Shown: positions 59,288-64,000 of the stretch, one piece after another
How the letters are laid out: every line of letters starts with the position of its first letter
Position numbering within the stretch: the first letter of the stretch is position 1
Assembly: GCA_964016885.1 (NCBI GenBank)
Contig: OZ024754.1
Coordinates: forward strand, 18,910,001 to 18,974,000
Reading direction: 5' to 3'
From: Eledone cirrhosa
Taxonomy: Eukaryota
DNA length: 64,000 nucleotides
Program-made: the position numbers and the translations under genes
Notes under the pieces: generated by a model
Databases searched by the model: none
What the model saw: only the letters and a program-made list of their open reading frames with translations
Told to the model about the DNA's origin: nothing

Positions 59288-59480
59288 GGCGGTGGATTGG
59301 CAGTATCGGTAGAGGGTCGGACGCCATGCTTTCCAGCATAGTTACGTCCCTTTACGATCTGAGTTCAAATCCCGCCGAGGTTGACTTTGCCTTTCATCCT
59401 TACGGGGTCGATAAAATAAAGTACCAGTAATGCACTGGGTAATTGCTGGCCTTGTGCCTAAAGTAGAAACAATTATTATT
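59288..59480 (+). mobile_element. SINE family A with ATTATTATTAAA target-site duplication
   Basis: Full copy. Confidence 0.9.
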
Positions 59481-59532
59481 AAAGGACTTGAACATCTGAA
59501 ACTACTTCGCTTTTACTTATTCTCTCTCTCTC

Positions 59533-59607
<75 letters not shown>

Positions 59608-59805
59608 GGAATAGAATGAAACGAAATTTCATTTCTCACTCTTAGTACGGCACTTACTTAATTTCGTTTCATTCTATTCCATTTATCGTTTTCGGTGCGC
59701 CCAGCCGACTGAACTCACTCGATATGCCAATTAGGCTGCTCAGCCGTTAATATGCATAAGGAAAGTATATACTTTCAGACGTTCAACCATCTAGCAGGAA
59801 GGTAT

Positions 59806-59848
59806 ACGATGCTGACGATAGCTAATAAGCTTGAAACTAGTACATCGT
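59806..59848 (+). ncRNA. Minimal type-I hammerhead ribozyme
   Basis: ACGATG CTGACGA T AGCT AATA AGCT T GAAA CTAG TA CATCGT. Confidence 0.85.
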
Positions 59849-60068
59849 TCCTGTGTCAGTGTTGAACAAAAAGGCGACGTGGTTGCCTAAACACTGTACG
59901 GTGTAATTCGGGTTGTTTGTTTGTTTACAAACAAACACACCGAGCATTATAATAAATGTTCAGTAAACCGATACGTGCATATATATATGTGCGCATGTAT
60001 GTATATATATACATACTACTGTACGTCTGTATACATATATGTATGTACGTGTACATACATACATACCT

Positions 60069-60107
<39 letters not shown>

Positions 60108-60185
60108 TATGTATGTATACGTACATACATATATGTATACAGACGTACAGTAGTATGTATATATATACATACATGCACACATGTA

Positions 60186-60259
<74 letters not shown>

Positions 60260-60724
60260 TATATCATTGATACAACTGGAAAGAACTGTTGATGGTCTGA
60301 CATTTCCTACGATCTGTGATTTGGTAGAGATGGTTGCTATGTTTTTAGTTAAAGCGTAATGGTCTTGCTTATAGTGAGCCGGCAATAAAATAGATTTTCC
60401 GTGTAAATTGTCCGCGATGTGTCAGATATGCTGACCTATTCCATATTCCATTTCAATTGGCAGACACATTAATATAATTGTTTTTTTTCTTATGATATGG
60501 ATTATATAGGACTAATTAGTATTTCATCGCAGCACTGTATGGCAAGGAACCATTTGAAATATCTTCTTATATTTATTATGTGCCGAACCCAAGGTTTCGA
60601 AAGTACGGCAAGATAAAATAACTGACAGAAAACATCCGTTGTTCTATGGCACGGAACTATTTGTTTTAAAGTGTTTTTATTTACCAAAATAATCTTCCAT
60701 CATCATAATTTTATGTAAGAGTAC

Positions 60725-60809
<85 letters not shown>

Positions 60810-60958
60810 ATAGGAAAATGTTTAAACATTTTCCTATTACCCACTCTACTACCCTAAGTATTGAGTACTCTGGTGCGTTATGGTCCATCTGGTTCCTTAC
60901 CACACTTCCTTGGTTATATATGTATTTGTATGTATGTATACATTCAGACTAATAGACC

Positions 60959-61010
<52 letters not shown>

Positions 61011-61066
61011 ATAATAATAAATTTGAAGACTAAAATCCGATTCTTTGCTTAAACTTTAATCTGTTA

Positions 61067-61158
<92 letters not shown>

Positions 61159-61164
<6 letters not shown>

Positions 61165-61371
61165 TAAAAGGAAAAGAAAATGCTGACAAATTGTTCCCAG
61201 TGAAAAATAGTTTAATTAGGAATAAGCAAAAATTAGTAATAAGTATCGGTAAAAACTTAAAACCAAAACTGAATACTAACCAATACTTATTACTAATTTT
61301 TACTTATTCCTAATTAAACTATTTTTCACTGGGAACAATTTGTCACCATTTTCTTTTCCTTTTACCAATAT
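61159..61371. repeat. ~92-bp-arm inverted repeat
   Basis: 61159-61250 versus 61279-61371. Confidence 0.9.
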
Positions 61372-61400
61372 ACCATAACTCGTGTGTTACACCTCTATTC

Positions 61401-61437
<37 letters not shown>

Positions 61438-61445
61438 ATCTGTTA

Positions 61446-61505
<60 letters not shown>

Positions 61506-61607
61506 CAAAAGGGATATTCAATGTGTTGGTAATTCAACTATCCAAAGAAAACTTGAACCGTTAAGGTATTTTTCTTGGTTATGTCAAAATTTATAAAACA
61601 AACTTTG

Positions 61608-61668
61608 TATTTTATCTGATGAAAGCGTACCAAAGTTTTGGTACCGTTGAAATATATATAATAGAATA
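61608..61668 (+). ncRNA. Type-I hammerhead ribozyme (TATTTTAT family, homolog of 7635)
   Basis: TATTTTAT CTGATGA AAGC GTACCAAA GT TTTGGTAC CGTT GAAA TATATA TA ATAGAATA. Confidence 0.82.
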
Positions 61669-62299
61669 AATATGGTTTTATAAATATAGCTTCCATTTAT
61701 TTAATATCATTGAATATATATATATATGAAACGAAAGGAAATGTGTGGTTACTAAAAACAAGGTTTAGCATGGTGGTTAGGACGTAACAGGAGGAGAAAG
61801 GAAGAAAGGAGTTTCCATCGTCAGCTGTAAATGTTTCCCGGACCGATGTTTCGGCGCTGAATTACAGGACATCGGTGTAGTTCGGGTGCGCCCGAGGCAT
61901 TTTATTAATCAAAAGGCCAGGTGGAAAAGGAGAGAGAAAGAGAGAAAAAAGGAGAAAAGGAAAGAGAGGGAAAGGAGGAAGAACAGGGATGGGGGTGATG
62001 AGGAGAGAGGAAGAAGGGAAAAAATAGGAAACGAATAGGAGAAAAAAGTGTACAGGTCCCATCTTGGGAAGACACGGGTGAAAGAAACATGCAAAAAAAG
62101 TAACCGTGGAAAAATAGGGAAAGTAAGTTGTGGCCAACCTGGGTGACTTTAGCCTGGTGGTCAGCTACGACTCAGAGCTGGTATAATCATGCTGCCTCTC
62201 ACATAGACAGGAGAAAGTGAGAGAGAGACACGGGCAACCAAAAGTGAGGAGGAGAAGGGAAAGGGAGAGAGAGAGAGAGAGAGAGAGAGATTCCTAGAC

Positions 62300-62560
62300 C
62301 ATGTGGGGCGTTGTGTCCTTGAGCAAGTCATTTTATTTCAGGTTGCTCCAGTCTACTCAGCTGACAAAACTCAATTGTACCTGTAATTCGAAGGATCAGC
62401 CTTGTCACATTCTGTGTCGCGCTGAATCTCCCTGAGAACTACATTATATGTACACGTATCTGTGGAATGCTCAGCCACTTGCATGTTAATTTCATGAGCA
62501 GACTTTTCCGTTGATTGTATTAACTGGAACACTCATCGTCGTGACCGACGGAGTGCCTGT
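62300..62560 (+). mobile_element. SINE remnant with CORE-like and second conserved domain; relatives near 29640 (-), 52310 (+) and 53930 (+)
   Basis: TGTGTCCTTGAGCAAG and CTGTGGAATGCTCAGCCACTTGCATGTTAATTTCA. Confidence 0.65.
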
Positions 62561-62657
62561 TCTATTCTACATTCTTATGACCTCGTATAGCACTAATTTG
62601 TAAAGAACTCTCTATAAACCACCGACTCTACAGATCTAGAGGATTAAATGAGGTATT

Positions 62658-63327
62658 AGTGTGTGTGTGAGAGTGTGTGTAAGTGTGTGAGAGCGGGTGT
62701 GTGTGTGTGTGTGAGAGAGTGTGTATGAGTGTGTGTGTGTGTGTGAGCGAGTGTGTGAGAGCGAGAGCGAGTGTGTGTGTGAGAGAGTGTGTGTGTGTGT
62801 ATGTGTATGTGTGAGTGTGAGAGCGAGTGTGTGTGTGTGTGTGAGTGTGTGAGAGCGAGTGTGTGTGTGTGTGTGAGAGCGTGTATGAGTGTGTGTGAGT
62901 GTGTGTGTGAGCGAGTGTCTGTGTGTGTGTGAGTGTGAGAGCGAGTGTTCTGAGCGTGTGAGAGCGAGTGTGTGTGTGTGTGTGAGTGTGTGGGTGTGCG
63001 TGTGTGTGAGAGCGAGTGTGTGTGTGAGAGTGTGTGTGTGTGTGTGAGTGTGAGAGCGAGTGTGTGTGTGTGAGTGTGTGAGAGCGAGTGTGTGTAAGAG
63101 TGTGTGTGTGAGTGTGTGAGTGTGTGTGTGAGTGTGTGTGTGTGTGAGTGTGTGTGTGTGTGTGTGAGTGTATGTGCGTGTGTGTGTGAGTATGTGAGTG
63201 TGTATGAGTGTGTGTCAGTGTGTGTGTGAGTCTGTGTGAGAGCGAGTGTGTGTGTGTGTGAGTGTGTCTGTGTGTGTGAGAGCGTGTGTAAGTGTGTGAG
63301 AGCGGGTGTGTGTGTGTGTGTGAGAGA

Positions 63328-63360
<33 letters not shown>

Positions 63361-64000
63361 CGAGTGTGTGTGTGAGAGAGTGTGTGTGTGTGTGTATGTG
63401 TGAGTGTGAGAGCGAGTGTGAGTCTGTGTGCGTGTGTGTGAGAGCGTGTGTGTGTGTGTGTGTGTGTATGTGATCGAGTGTGTGTGTGTGTCTGTGTGTG
63501 TGAGAGCGAGTGTGTGTGTGTGTGAGAGAGTGTGTGTTTTTATTTGTGAGTGTGAGAGCGAGTGTGTGAGTGTGTGAGTGTGTGAGAGCGAGTGTGTGTG
63601 TGTGTGAGAGTGTGTGTGTGTGCGTGTGTGTAAGAGCGAGTATGTGTATGTGTGTGAGAGTGTGTGTGTGTGAGTGTGAGAGCGAGTGTGTGTGTGTGAT
63701 AATGTGTGTGTGAGCGTGTGTGTGTGAGAGAGAGTGTGTGAGTGTGTGTGTGAGTGTGTGTGTGAGTATGTGATTGTGTATGAGTATGTGTGAGTGTGTG
63801 TGTGAGTCTGTGTGAGTGTGTGTGAGAGCGAGTATGTGCGTGTGTGTGTGTGAGCGAGTGTGTGTGTGTGTGTGTATGTGTGTGTGTGAGAGTGTGTGAG
63901 AGCGAGTGTGTGTGTGTGAGCGAGTGTGTGTGTGTGTATGAGTGTGTGTGTGTGAGTGTGTGTGTGTGTGTGAGAGTGTATGTGTATGTATTGGTGTGTG
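62658..64000. repeat. (GT)n/(GA)n compound microsatellite
   Basis: Low-complexity sequence to the window end. Confidence 0.95.

Noticed and set aside
61808-61830. Minus-strand CTGACGA TG GAAAC
   Set aside because: No room for stem II; at most a deleted remnant

Overview
Eukaryotic, AT-rich, repeat-saturated DNA with no recognisable host gene. The SINE families and very high (TA)n/(CA)n/(GGT)n load suggest an octopod cephalopod, but that is an inference. Nearly all ORFs in the track are microsatellite artefacts. The real coding remnants are all transposons: six Penelope-like element (PLE) fragments of three apparent types, three RTE LINE pieces, one Tx1/L1 LINE, a Tc1 and a near-complete DD37D mariner. 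There are also about 15 copies of one tRNA-derived SINE. The main hidden signal is about 20 type-I hammerhead ribozyme (HHR) motifs read by eye on both strands. Most sit in ORF-less modules between (TA)n runs, several as partial-tandem plus inverted arrays with units of 601, ~538, 471 and 316 nt, which resemble non-autonomous PLE pseudo-LTRs or retrozymes. Notable variants are a giant HHR with a CCGAAGA core and 65-90 nt stem II/III arms, and compensated U3-A8 (TTGATAA) cores. One array junction falls at the predicted self-cleavage site. Folding was done manually, so activity is untested.
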